Shown in pieces: positions 36,359 through 46,446 of a DNA stretch of 64,000 nucleotides. Location: NCBI GenBank assembly GCA_977862235.1, contig OZ374558.1, positions 1,984,001-2,048,000 of the forward strand. Direction: 5' to 3'. The notes under the pieces are model-generated. The model was not told the origin of the DNA. It did no database searches and worked only from the letters and a program-made list of their open reading frames with translations. The number at the start of each line of letters is the position of its first letter. Position 1 is the first letter of the stretch. This DNA comes from Dudresnaya verticillata (lineage: Eukaryota). The position numbers were made by a program, and so were the translations under genes.

Positions 36359-38590
36359 ATATGTGCCTTGCTTCTGGGTCTTCCGAAGCACCCATCGTGT
36401 GTTTCTAAGCTTCGTCCTATTGTCATTGGTGGCATCCTTCGTCGTTTCGTTGCCCGCCTGTTGATGAAGAAGATTGCCCAGGACAATACTATTCGTGAAT
36501 ACCTTCTTCCTCATCAGTTTGCAGTGGGAATCCCTCATGGAGCCGAATCTATTATTCACGCCATACGTTTTTTCGTGGAGTCTAATAATGAGCAAGACTA
36601 TGTCCTTCTTAAGCTTGATGCCACCAACGCTTTTAACTGTGTTGAGCGTTCTATTATTCTCAGTGAAGTTATCGAAAGAGCTCCTGGCATTGCAAAGTTT
36701 GTGCATTTCCTTTTCTCGACTGAACCCGTTCTTCTATTTGGTCAGTTTCAGTTGTTCAGTCGGACAGGTACACAGCAGGGTGATCCGTTGAGCATGCTAC
36801 TTTTTGCTCTCGCGATTCATCCCCTGCTCATCAACATGCTCTCTACGTTCGCCTCCATCAAACTTCTTGCTGCATATGCTGATGACATTCATGTTGCTGT
36901 TCCGCGTTCTATTGCTTTCGATGTTATCCAGTTTCTAAAGACCCAAGGCCCCAAAATTGGTTTCAATCTGCACATAGCAGTGGGGAAAACAGAAGCTTGG
37001 TGGCCTTCTTTATCGTCCCGTCGTGTTTCTCGTTCCACCTCCCTAGGTTGTCCTATCAACAATCATTCTTTTATCACAGTTCTGGGCGCCCCTATTGGCA
37101 GTACTGAGGGCTGTTTACAACATCTAAGAACTAAGCATGAGCCCATCCAATATTTCTGGGCCCAACTGAAGCAGCTTAATGATCCTCAACTCGTTTTTCA
37201 TTTATTACGGTACTGTGCTGGAACTTCCAAGCTTTCATACCTACTGCGATGCACTCCCCCGCAACTAACCCAAGCCATTTCATTAACACATGACTGTGGC
37301 ATGCGTGGAGTGTTTGAACACACACACTTTCCACTGTCGGATGAATCCTGGGATATGGTTTCGCTTCCCATGCGACACGGTGGACTAGGTCTTACAAATG
37401 CCCGTCACATTGCCCACTGCAGCTATATCACCTCCGTTCTGTCCTCTCTCGCCTGGATTCGATGCCTGGTACCTTTTGATTCTCCTACTTTGCACCACTT
37501 CCTCGCCCCGTCTCTTCACAACATTCGCGAACAGCAACTACTTCGTGAAGATCGTGAAAAATGCAGTGTTTCTTCTATCTTGTCGGCCGCATCTTCCATA
37601 GGTCATGGTGTCGTTCCCGCATTGTCCCAAGATCTTCTTCCCTATATTCAACGAAAATTGCGAAACGACCTCATGTCCCACATGACTACTCAGCATAGCT
37701 CTCGTGCCCGAGTACGGATTCAATCTACCTCTACTGTCAACTCTAGCCGCCCTTTCAGTGCGCTCCCATATGCATCTTCTTCTACCCGCGTGCAACCCGA
37801 CATATGGCTCACCATGCTCAAACTCAGACTGGGTGTGGCGATCTTCTGCGGTGATCGCCCTTGTCCTGCTTGTCTCCAAGGCACATCCGCTGAAGTTCCA
37901 CTCCTTGATATCTTTGGACACCATGCCACAATCTGTCGGTCGGGAACTGGCAGCATTCGCCGCCATGATACCCTCCGAAATCAACTTGGGGCTTTCTTTC
38001 GTAATACTGCTCGGAACCATGGCGTTACTGTTCAGCTTGAACGCAACTTTTCCTACCTAGAGGAGACTGGGGATTCCCGAGTTATGGCGTCTTCTGCACG
38101 CACTGCTTCAGAAAGGCGTCGCAATGCCCGTCAATTGCAACGTACTGAAGACCGTTTCGAAGAAGACCGACGTGACCATCTTCGTATGGATCTCTATATT
38201 GATGACCCTGCGTTTGCTCCCCTCCCGCAAGCATTTGACGTCTCCGTGGTGACCCCACACCATCCAACTACACAGTCCAAAACGCCTCGCTCTCAACATC
38301 AAGCTATTCACCGCCGCGAGCAAGCTAAAGCCCGTCATTATCGTCGCTTATGTTCTACCAACCGGATAGAACTCCATCCTATGGTGATGGACATCTATGG
38401 TGCCATTGGTTCTGGGTTCGATCGAGGCGCTCAGCGCGTGGCGAATTTCTTAGCTGCTATGAAGGGCACTTCGCCGATATCTGAGAAACTATCTCTTCTC
38501 ACCCACCTCACCTCTCTTGTACTTCAATCTGTCGCGGTGGCTGTTAACCGCCGTTTACTCTTCGACCGTCGCCTTTCAGATGAGTTTTAG
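36359..38590 (+). CDS. Reverse transcriptase + CCHC zinc knuckle + restriction-like endonuclease (N-terminally truncated)
   Basis: RT motifs LRPIVIG, QFAVG..GAE, LDATNAFN, GTQQGDPLS and AYADD; knuckle CPAC..GHHATIC; RLE motifs RRHD, RMDLY..DVSV..KARHY. No internal stop. Confidence 0.9.
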   Translation: MCALLLGLPKHPSCVSKLRPIVIGGILRRFVARLLMKKIAQDNTIREYLLPHQFAVGIPHGAESIIHAIRFFVESNNEQDYVLLKLDATNAFNCVERSIILSEVIERAPGIAKFVHFLFSTEPVLLFGQFQLFSRTGTQQGDPLSMLLFALAIHPLLINMLSTFASIKLLAAYADDIHVAVPRSIAFDVIQFLKTQGPKIGFNLHIAVGKTEAWWPSLSSRRVSRSTSLGCPINNHSFITVLGAPIGSTEGCLQHLRTKHEPIQYFWAQLKQLNDPQLVFHLLRYCAGTSKLSYLLRCTPPQLTQAISLTHDCGMRGVFEHTHFPLSDESWDMVSLPMRHGGLGLTNARHIAHCSYITSVLSSLAWIRCLVPFDSPTLHHFLAPSLHNIREQQLLREDREKCSVSSILSAASSIGHGVVPALSQDLLPYIQRKLRNDLMSHMTTQHSSRARVRIQSTSTVNSSRPFSALPYASSSTRVQPDIWLTMLKLRLGVAIFCGDRPCPACLQGTSAEVPLLDIFGHHATICRSGTGSIRRHDTLRNQLGAFFRNTARNHGVTVQLERNFSYLEETGDSRVMASSARTASERRRNARQLQRTEDRFEEDRRDHLRMDLYIDDPAFAPLPQAFDVSVVTPHHPTTQSKTPRSQHQAIHRREQAKARHYRRLCSTNRIELHPMVMDIYGAIGSGFDRGAQRVANFLAAMKGTSPISEKLSLLTHLTSLVLQSVAVAVNRRLLFDRRLSDEF

Positions 38591-38641
38591 ATAAGCCCCC
38601 TTACGGGGCTGTAGTCTTTCCTATGCATAAAGGTCTCCATC
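36359..38641 (+). mobile_element. CRE-like (RLE-encoding) non-LTR retrotransposon, 5'-truncated, 13-bp TSD
   Basis: TSD tctaatatcacta at 36346..36358 and 38642..38654; the empty site is seen at ~25837 and ~28516. 3' hairpin at 38594..38610 and ataaaggtctc end. Confidence 0.93.
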
Positions 38642-39170
38642 TCTAATATCACTACGCTTTGCACAATTTTGGTAGCGTCACCAAGGCGATGAAGCCCACA
38701 TCTCGGGTTCTCTATGTGAGGTTTCGTCACTTCTCCGGTGTCACAAAATGGAACCGGCAAAATATGTTTGCAATGTTGTGGAGTGAGCGTCTAGCTACCA
38801 AACTGCTGTGTATGCAAGAGCACTCTGTGTTGACTGGTACGCCTTAAACCTGCACGCGGTTCGTTCCCAAGGAATGCCAAACTCTGGTATCAGCACATTC
38901 TACAGCTCAAGAGCCGGGACCCTTATGCGATGCGAGGGGTTCATACTGTTATACTCTCACGCTGCGCTTAGCTTATGAGGCCTTCCGTGATCAGTCAAGA
39001 CTCACATGGTCTCATTTGTTGTAGCGCGTCAATGCATTGTTCATGTGGACAGTTTTCAAATGGACATTGTTCACATGGAAATAGGGGCAGGGCTTCTACC
39101 AGCCAAATACACCGCTAATATTGGAACCCCATTGTTCCATCTCTTTCAAGATTGCATAATCGTATCCATC

Positions 39171-39624
39171 TGTAAACTCTGCGTTGTGCTCCTCCGCGTT
39201 GTTGTGAAAACTGTACTCTGCCCCTTCCCTCTCCTTGCGTTTGCTCAGAGAGGAGCAGCTTTTATTGTCATGTTTGTTCCTTCTGTCAGCTCCAGAAAGG
39301 TGGAGCTAGACACAAAAGAGTCATCTTCATTCGTTCTGCCAGCTCCAGTACGTTGGAGCTATACACAGAACAGCCATCCTCATTCCTCCTGCCAGCCCCA
39401 GAACCTTGGAGCTAGGCACAGAACAGCCATCCTAATTCCTCCTGCAAGCTCCAGAACGTTGGGGCTAGACATGGAATAGATAACGTAATACTCTAACGGC
39501 ATACCGTACTGTGCCACATGTATAAATCTGAACAGTACTACAAAAACAAATATCCCCCGTCCGAGCTTGAAGAACAAGTCCGTGTTGACGGCTTAAAGTT
39601 GTCGCTAGTCTAAATCTCTCTACA
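39171..39624 (-). repeat. 3' LTR (454 bp)
   Basis: tgtaaactct...ctctctaca; direct repeat of 44448..44954. Confidence 0.95.
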
Positions 39625-39660
39625 GGGCCCCATGCATGCGCCACTAGTGTTGTGTATGCA

Positions 39661-42600
39661 TTATTCGAGAGAGATCTTCAATTCATTGCAAGCCTTCCTA
39701 GCGAGTTTTCGCTTGCGTGTGGTTGACAAAAAGTGCTTCACCTTCTCAGGCACATCTTCATAAAGCTCTTTTAGAGCCTGCCATGTCCAATCAGTGCGGT
39801 GTGGCTGCCCAAGCCATTGCACCTGAATGAACATTCCGTCATCAGCTTCACCTATGTCAAGCAGTTTGTCCACCATTTCAAAGTTTGCTTCAAGATGCTC
39901 GACTTGTCGAAGTAATTTCTCCGAAACAACAGAACCGTCCAGCTTAGCTCTATATAGCATGAGACGAGCAGCATGAACTACTTCTATCTTTCCATCAATT
40001 AGTCCGGTTACTTCATAAATAGTTTCGCTAATCACACGAGATATCCTTCGCGGACCTATCCATCTGAATTGGAGCTTGTGTCCCTTGTTCTGGGCACGGC
40101 GAACCACCACAAAATCACCGACGTCAAAATGGGGTGTCACCAGGTTGGTGCGCTTGTTGTGATGCTCAACCTGCTTCAGCCGAGAATTGGCTACACGTTC
40201 TCCTACTTCCTTATGCATCAAACCCAGTGCCTCCTGTAGTTCATCAATCTTGATAATGCGCCTTGCATTGACTTGTGTTATCTGAACTTCACGCCGATTG
40301 CCATCAGCAGCCATAGGAAGCACAGAACGAGCGGGCTTTATCCCAGTCATTACCTCCAGTGGCGTACGGTACGTGCCATCAGCCCGCGAACCGAGTCTCT
40401 TCAGCGGCGCTTCGTTCAATGCCGCCATAATCAGGTCCACCACCGAAGGCCAGTCCTGCGGACCGAGCTGGAACTCCGAAAGGAGTGCAGTACAGGCTGC
40501 GCGGATATGCCTCATGCACACCTCGACCGTCCCGTTGACCCAAGGTGAGTAGGCCACGGCAAATTGATGCTTAATGTTGTAGGTCTTAGCCATTGTATTC
40601 ATGGCGGTGTTCTTAAAGTGTGGTCCCTGGTCGCTGACCCAATAGACCATAGTCGTGAACACACGTATCCATCGCGAGATGTTCTTAGCTGCGGCTTCTG
40701 AATCTGCAGCTACGCATGGACAGAGCCACAGATATGTCGATAGATCATCCCTAATCACCAGCAAATACTTGAGACCGTCCTTGCCTATCCCCATATAAAT
40801 AAAATCAAAGTGTACGACTTCGTTAGGCATCGTGCCATGAAGTGTCAGGGAAATTGGCCGTGGTACTCGCTCACCACTCTTAGCGATAATACAGTGCAAG
40901 CAGCCTGCCACAAATGCCCGGGCATCAGCCTCCATTGACCGCCAGTAGAACTGTTCCTTTAGCCGACTTATTGTCGAGTCACAGCCACGGTGACCTACAG
41001 TTCCACAATGGCTGACTACCAAGAGCTTCATCTGTAGTTCAATGTCCGTGTCTGGAATCCAAATAAGATTACCATGCCGCCAAAGCCCATCGTCTCCAAA
41101 CTTCAGGTCAGTAGGGCGATGTCCGGCATTCAACTGCGAGGTCTTGACCATGTCAAACGTTGGGATGTCAAACCCTTCACTGCTCGGTGTTCTCACGATA
41201 TCTTCCGCCATCATCAAGCTTGTGATTCTCCTTGCACCCTTGCGCCTACCACGATACCCAGCATACCACCTTGCCATCAAGTCGGCTGCTATATTCCTCT
41301 CGCCACTTATGTGTTCTATTGTGTACATAAATCTTGATAGAAACAATGCCCAACGTTGCACCTTGTTGACAATATGGCGCCCGAGCATTGGATTCAGAGC
41401 TGTAGGGTTATACACAAACAAAAGATTACGATGGTCTGTGAATAAATGTATGTCCTCTTCGCATGACAGCATGAAGTCCATTTTCTCGAATGATTGAAAG
41501 ACAGCATATGCCTCTTTCTCAAATGTACTCCAATGTTGTTGAGTCTCATTAAATGCTGAACCGAGAAATGCGAGTGGTTGATGCCTTTGCTCCTCAATAG
41601 GAAGACTCAAACAATTCTGCTCGCACTGAGTGACAATTGCGGCCCAATGCTCGTCAGAAGCGTCCGTGTAATCACAACTCGCCTTCTTCTGATCGCGATG
41701 AGCAATTTTCACTGCCTTCTGTAGTTGTTCTTGCAAACTGTCGAACGCGTTTGCATGCTTAGGGCCCCAGGACAGCGATGAGAGCCGTATTCCCTGGATG
41801 GAACGGGATGTACGCTTTCCTGATTTAGCATAGGCCTGTTCCAACAAATCACGCAGCGGTGCAACCCTTGATGCGAAGTCTGGTAGATATGTGGACATCC
41901 ATTGTAAACAGTTGACGAACTGCGACAACTCCGCTGCGGTCACTGGGTAAAATCCGGTTTTCAACCCACTAAGCCGTCGGGGGTCGCACTGCACCCCTTC
42001 GGTGTCAACAATATATCCGCACCACTGCAGCTTACGGTCAAAGAGTACGGACTTCTTCGCAGAAACCTTAAGATTTCGTTGCCGGCAAACAGTAAAGAAA
42101 ATTCGGAGATTAGAAATGAGCCCGTCTTCGGAGTCGGCGTGGACCCCAAAGTCGTCAAGCCAAGCCTTCACAGCCTTCACCAAAGACTGAAAGCAAGGTT
42201 CAACACGCGACTGAAAATTTTGGACAGCATTCATACCACCCTGGAGTGTCCTTGTGGGTTTGTAAACTCCAGCTGGCGTCACGAAGCTGTGAAGGCCTTG
42301 GCTCTCCTCGTGCAGAGGCATTTGCCAATAACCTGCACAAAAAGCGATGCTAGCAAAGTACCTGCTGCCCGCGAAGTCGAGCAGTTCAGACTGTATGTGC
42401 GGCATCGGCCAAGCCACCGGCTTCGTATTTTGGTTAGCGCGACGGAGGTCGAACGTCATGCGGTACTTAGTAGAATCAGGTTTCTGAACTAGTAGTGGCG
42501 GAGAAGTCCATTCTGCATGCTTGTTAGGCACCGCCATACCGAACTCCACCAACCTGTCAACCAGTCGCTTCATGTAGTCTCTTTGCTCAGCTGGATAGCG

Positions 42601-44355
42601 GCGTACTTTAGACATATACGGTACAGCGTCTGGTTTCATAGTCACCCGCATAGGCTCGACCTGAGCAGGCGGTCCTGGACCAAGCCGAACTCGAAACACA
42701 TCTCGAAACTCCCCTAGCAGGTCCTGCAACTTATGCTTGCCATCCTGAGAGATTCCATTCTTTTCCGCTGACGACAACATTCCATCAAATGCGCCATCCA
42801 GTTCCTCCTGGGTATCAACGCCCAATTCTGTGCGCTGCTCAGATAATGCACTGCCATCACCATCCTCCATGGCAGGGTCGGAGTAAAATAGTCCTGAAGA
42901 AAGAAGGCGGGCGATAGAGCCTTCAGGGTAGTCCCTATCCATCACCTCGGAAGCATCAACCTCCCCTCGGTGTCTGTCACACGCCGCCTCGATTATCTTC
43001 TTAGTGTCGAGTCCAAGTGCTTCCTGGATAGGCCGCCCTAGTAGCGGCTCATCGACGGGCTCGACAGCAACGAGCCAGCGAAGGTTCCGAATCATTAAAG
43101 CCTTCCCGTGCCTGATTTTCAGTTCAGTGTTTATCTCAACTTCACGGTTGCACGTCACATACATTTCGGAAGCAGCAAGTGCGAACTTCCTCGGCCTTTC
43201 CAATTCCTTCACATTCATTTCAGCCCTTCCTTCAACTAGTTCTACGAATACAGTAGATGGTAACAAGTTGATGTCGGAGCCCCCATCTGCGCACAATTTT
43301 GTTTGTACTATTCCAGCAAAGGTAACTCCCATTATTGTCGAATTACCATCTTCAGTAGTTACATCAAGACCTTTTCTAGATGTAACGTGCTTAGCCTTCT
43401 GCCTTTTGGACTCCATCAACTCACGAATCAGCTCCTTAGCTTTTTCTGGACTCGTCTTCGGGCAATTACGAACACCTCCCTTGTGACGCAAGCCCTTTGC
43501 TTTGCATTCCTCATTTAGGCATGGAAGTTCGGGAGCGTTGTTATCAGGAGTATGAGTATGAGAGTCTCCCTTACTGTCCTTTGTAGACTTGCTTCCTTTC
43601 TTCTCCTTGTTTGCTCGAGCACCCTTTGACGCAGTCGAGTTTTGCGGTACATCCTTTTCATTTTTTCCTCGTCCAGAGTTCAACCGAGCCTGTATCACCG
43701 CTTCCTTTCTTAACATAGCAACGTATGCTTTGACATTTTTTCCAAGCCCTGGTTGATACTCAAGCTGAGATTCCATAGCACCTTTAAGATGAGGAGGATA
43801 TAATCGCTCTTGCAGTAGCTTCACGGTATTCTTTGGATTCCTTTCCTTGAAGTTTCCGTACCCAACGCCTTCTAATCGTTGAAAAACGTTGTGGACGTAC
43901 TGCAAGACACGAGCCTTCGGATCTGAAATAGACATGGGCATTCTTACGCCTTTCAAGGCATCTTCGATTACCCTGGGGTCGATGTCCTCGTCCTTTCTTG
44001 TGGCGATTATAGATTTGACGTACGCTTCTATATGCTCGGACTCCAAGTCGACAAATTCAAGACCTGCGACCGAATCCAGATCTCCGAGCTTGTGAAGCAT
44101 CTTCAGGAGGCTACGATCCACTGACACCTTGAACGATGCGACAGACATGGACGGCACTTCCTTTTGTTTTTCCAAAACCTCGTCGACATACCTCTCTCGC
44201 TCACGCAAGAATGTAGCCCCCTTGATTGTGTCCACACTCCTTAAAACAGGATGCTGAACTGGCGCAAACAATGCGCTGGCTCCGAGTCCACTTGAAGCCC
44301 CAGCACCATTACCGTCCTCCTCGTGGTTGGAGCCGCTTCTGGTCATAGGCGGCAT
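39661..44355 (-). CDS. Gag-Pol polyprotein, 1564 aa
   Basis: Gag Cys/His knuckle CLNEEC..H..C; protease CADGGSD; RT GYWQ..WLDD; RNase H TDASD..EKE..TDHRNL; integrase HHCC and D,D(35)E (HFDF, SDQG, NGTVE); C-terminal chromodomain VQWLG..TWQ. Confidence 0.95.
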   Translation of the reverse strand: MPPMTRSGSNHEEDGNGAGASSGLGASALFAPVQHPVLRSVDTIKGATFLRERERYVDEVLEKQKEVPSMSVASFKVSVDRSLLKMLHKLGDLDSVAGLEFVDLESEHIEAYVKSIIATRKDEDIDPRVIEDALKGVRMPMSISDPKARVLQYVHNVFQRLEGVGYGNFKERNPKNTVKLLQERLYPPHLKGAMESQLEYQPGLGKNVKAYVAMLRKEAVIQARLNSGRGKNEKDVPQNSTASKGARANKEKKGSKSTKDSKGDSHTHTPDNNAPELPCLNEECKAKGLRHKGGVRNCPKTSPEKAKELIRELMESKRQKAKHVTSRKGLDVTTEDGNSTIMGVTFAGIVQTKLCADGGSDINLLPSTVFVELVEGRAEMNVKELERPRKFALAASEMYVTCNREVEINTELKIRHGKALMIRNLRWLVAVEPVDEPLLGRPIQEALGLDTKKIIEAACDRHRGEVDASEVMDRDYPEGSIARLLSSGLFYSDPAMEDGDGSALSEQRTELGVDTQEELDGAFDGMLSSAEKNGISQDGKHKLQDLLGEFRDVFRVRLGPGPPAQVEPMRVTMKPDAVPYMSKVRRYPAEQRDYMKRLVDRLVEFGMAVPNKHAEWTSPPLLVQKPDSTKYRMTFDLRRANQNTKPVAWPMPHIQSELLDFAGSRYFASIAFCAGYWQMPLHEESQGLHSFVTPAGVYKPTRTLQGGMNAVQNFQSRVEPCFQSLVKAVKAWLDDFGVHADSEDGLISNLRIFFTVCRQRNLKVSAKKSVLFDRKLQWCGYIVDTEGVQCDPRRLSGLKTGFYPVTAAELSQFVNCLQWMSTYLPDFASRVAPLRDLLEQAYAKSGKRTSRSIQGIRLSSLSWGPKHANAFDSLQEQLQKAVKIAHRDQKKASCDYTDASDEHWAAIVTQCEQNCLSLPIEEQRHQPLAFLGSAFNETQQHWSTFEKEAYAVFQSFEKMDFMLSCEEDIHLFTDHRNLLFVYNPTALNPMLGRHIVNKVQRWALFLSRFMYTIEHISGERNIAADLMARWYAGYRGRRKGARRITSLMMAEDIVRTPSSEGFDIPTFDMVKTSQLNAGHRPTDLKFGDDGLWRHGNLIWIPDTDIELQMKLLVVSHCGTVGHRGCDSTISRLKEQFYWRSMEADARAFVAGCLHCIIAKSGERVPRPISLTLHGTMPNEVVHFDFIYMGIGKDGLKYLLVIRDDLSTYLWLCPCVAADSEAAAKNISRWIRVFTTMVYWVSDQGPHFKNTAMNTMAKTYNIKHQFAVAYSPWVNGTVEVCMRHIRAACTALLSEFQLGPQDWPSVVDLIMAALNEAPLKRLGSRADGTYRTPLEVMTGIKPARSVLPMAADGNRREVQITQVNARRIIKIDELQEALGLMHKEVGERVANSRLKQVEHHNKRTNLVTPHFDVGDFVVVRRAQNKGHKLQFRWIGPRRISRVISETIYEVTGLIDGKIEVVHAARLMLYRAKLDGSVVSEKLLRQVEHLEANFEMVDKLLDIGEADDGMFIQVQWLGQPHRTDWTWQALKELYEDVPEKVKHFLSTTRKRKLARKACNELKISLE

Positions 44356-44447
44356 CTTGAAGCACAGCCTTTCACTCGCTCTCCTAGCGACCTAGCCAAA
44401 GCACACAGCACTCTCTGGTCCCCTGCAGGTGTCGACACAGAACTTTC

Positions 44448-44954
44448 TGTAAACTCTGCGTTGTGCTTCTCCGCGTTGTTGTGAAAACTGTACTCTGCCC
44501 CTTCCGTCTCCTTGCGTTTGCTCAGAGAGGAGCAGCTTTTATTGTCATGTTTGTTCCTTCTGCCAGCTCCAGAAAGGTGGGGCTAGACACAAAAGAGTCA
44601 TCTTCATTCGTTCTGCCAGCTCCAGTACGTTGGAGCTGGACACAGAACAGTCATCCTCATTCCTCCTGTCAGCTCCAGAACGTTGGAGCTATACACAGAA
44701 CAGCCATCCTCATTCCCCCTGCCAGCCCCAGAACCTTGGAGCTAGGCACAGAACAGCCATCCTAATTCCTCCTGCAAGCTCCAGAACGTTGGGGCTAGAC
44801 ATGGAATAGATAACGTAATACTCTAACGGCATACCGTACTGTGCCACATGTATAAATCTGAACAGTACTACAAAAACAAATATCCCCCGTCCGAGCTTGA
44901 AGAACAAGTCCGTGTTGACGGCATAAAGTTGTCGCTAGTCTAAATCTCTCTACA
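44448..44954 (-). repeat. 5' LTR (507 bp)
   Basis: Same as the left LTR plus one extra 53-bp internal repeat and a few substitutions. Confidence 0.95.
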
Positions 44955-46446
44955 CATCTAATCGACCTCAGCGACCTGAAGAAAGTAAATATTGTGTTGG
45001 ATCGATTAGAGGTCCTCGTTTCAATTCATTTCAATTCGTGACCCGCTCTGTGCACACCCACATACCTCAGGATATAGCCAACTTTCAAAAATAGATATTG
45101 GATATCACAATACCACTTACTAGTACTTTCATGCCCCATTGCGCCGACCACGTGCCAGGGTGCCAATTGCCAAAGGTCAAACATACAATAGCTGCAGCTG
45201 GCGGACGATCTGAGCTAAACAAGGCACGCAACTTCATGACGAACTGGCGACGTTGCCGCCTCCTGAGCTCTACGCCCACTACGTTCTACGGTTGCGCGAG
45301 GATGGCCCCAGCCGGATGAATAGCGATACGCCTCGAGAGTGGCTCTACATACAAATCTTCTAGGATCTAGACCACCTCTGAACCGAAGCTGAGAGTCATA
45401 TGCAGAAACGCGCTCCAGGTTGCAGATCGCGCAGATCCCGCACCCGGCCATGAGAGCGGAATCTTAAGTATGGAACAACGTGTGAACGCATGACGGCGAC
45501 GGCGATGATATATTGAGAATCGAACGGATCCCGTTTTCCGCTTGTGGCACAGTGCTCTCCGCAATGTTGCAGCGAAGAATGTGCTGCCGTATATCTTTCG
45601 AAAACGGAGTAGTTTTGTGGACCTTTCCGGCAGCGTCACAATTTCCTAAGACACGGCCAAAAGTAAATCAGAAATTCGTCTTGTACCCTGTTCTAGCACA
45701 TCATGTAAGTTTGGGGACGGTGCAGTGCCGCAAGCTGGAAACATGACGAGCGGCGCATTGCGTGAGCGAAAATGTGAGCATTGTCGGGACGTGCGAGATG
45801 AGACGAGCCTCGCATGACCGCGCCGCCAGTACCTTCGAAGGTACACCGCACCTCAACGGGATGCTTTCCTGAGATATGCAAGCCTTGTCGTCCTTATCGC
45901 GTTGAAGGCCCACAGTGGCATTCACATGCAGTCCAGTTTTCAACCTGTCTAATAGGCACTGTCAGGCCGTTCATGGAGCAAGGAGCCACCATGAAGATGG
46001 AACAGTGTGTGACAACGTCGCCCTGCATGATTCAAACCACCCATAGTTCGTGAAAGAGCACGAGCGTGGCAACTTATAGAAGGAGGGGCGTTGGGTCTTC
46101 GCCAAGGTGGTGATGAATCGAACGCTACGCTGTGACTCTACCGCAGAGCCCCAAGAATATTCTTCGGTATGTTTTTCTGGTGCACGTTGTATTCTAAACG
46201 TACCAAAACCCGAACACTGCCGTTCGCATTATCCTTGATAGGAAATCGCGGCGACCTGGAGGTGAGCAGCTTAGTTAAAAGAGCTGAGGATCGAGCAGGT
46301 TGAAATGTGTTTCGCTCAAAGAAGACCGGTACAAGCAGCCTTCAAATATCGGCTTTGTCCGGAAACTTGAAAGGGAATGTGCTGGTGTATGATCCGAGTC
46401 ATCTATACAGCCTTTACGAATCGAAAGAATTAATATGCTGTAGATA

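Larger units (their letters stand above)
39171..44954 (-). mobile_element. Full-length Ty3/Gypsy LTR retrotransposon with chromodomain
   Basis: TG...CA LTRs at both ends; 4-bp TSD catc (39167..39170 and 44955..44958); single gag-pol ORF in the order PR-RT-RH-IN. Confidence 0.96.
28553..46365. repeat. Segmental duplication unit 3 (lacks the CK1-to-ZF part, more diverged, two TE insertions)
   Basis: Starts at ggcagcataactaag (= 5421) and continues through the ORF, RLE remnant, B x2 and M x2. Confidence 0.9.
38650..46365. repeat. Module M copy 6 (partial), split by the Gypsy element
   Basis: M sequence resumes at 44955 exactly where it stops at 39170. Confidence 0.9.

Noticed and set aside
39280..39470. 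Regularly spaced palindromic repeats as a CRISPR-like array
   Set aside because: Whole 53-bp units repeat with no unique spacers, they lie inside an LTR, and there are no cas genes in this eukaryotic context.
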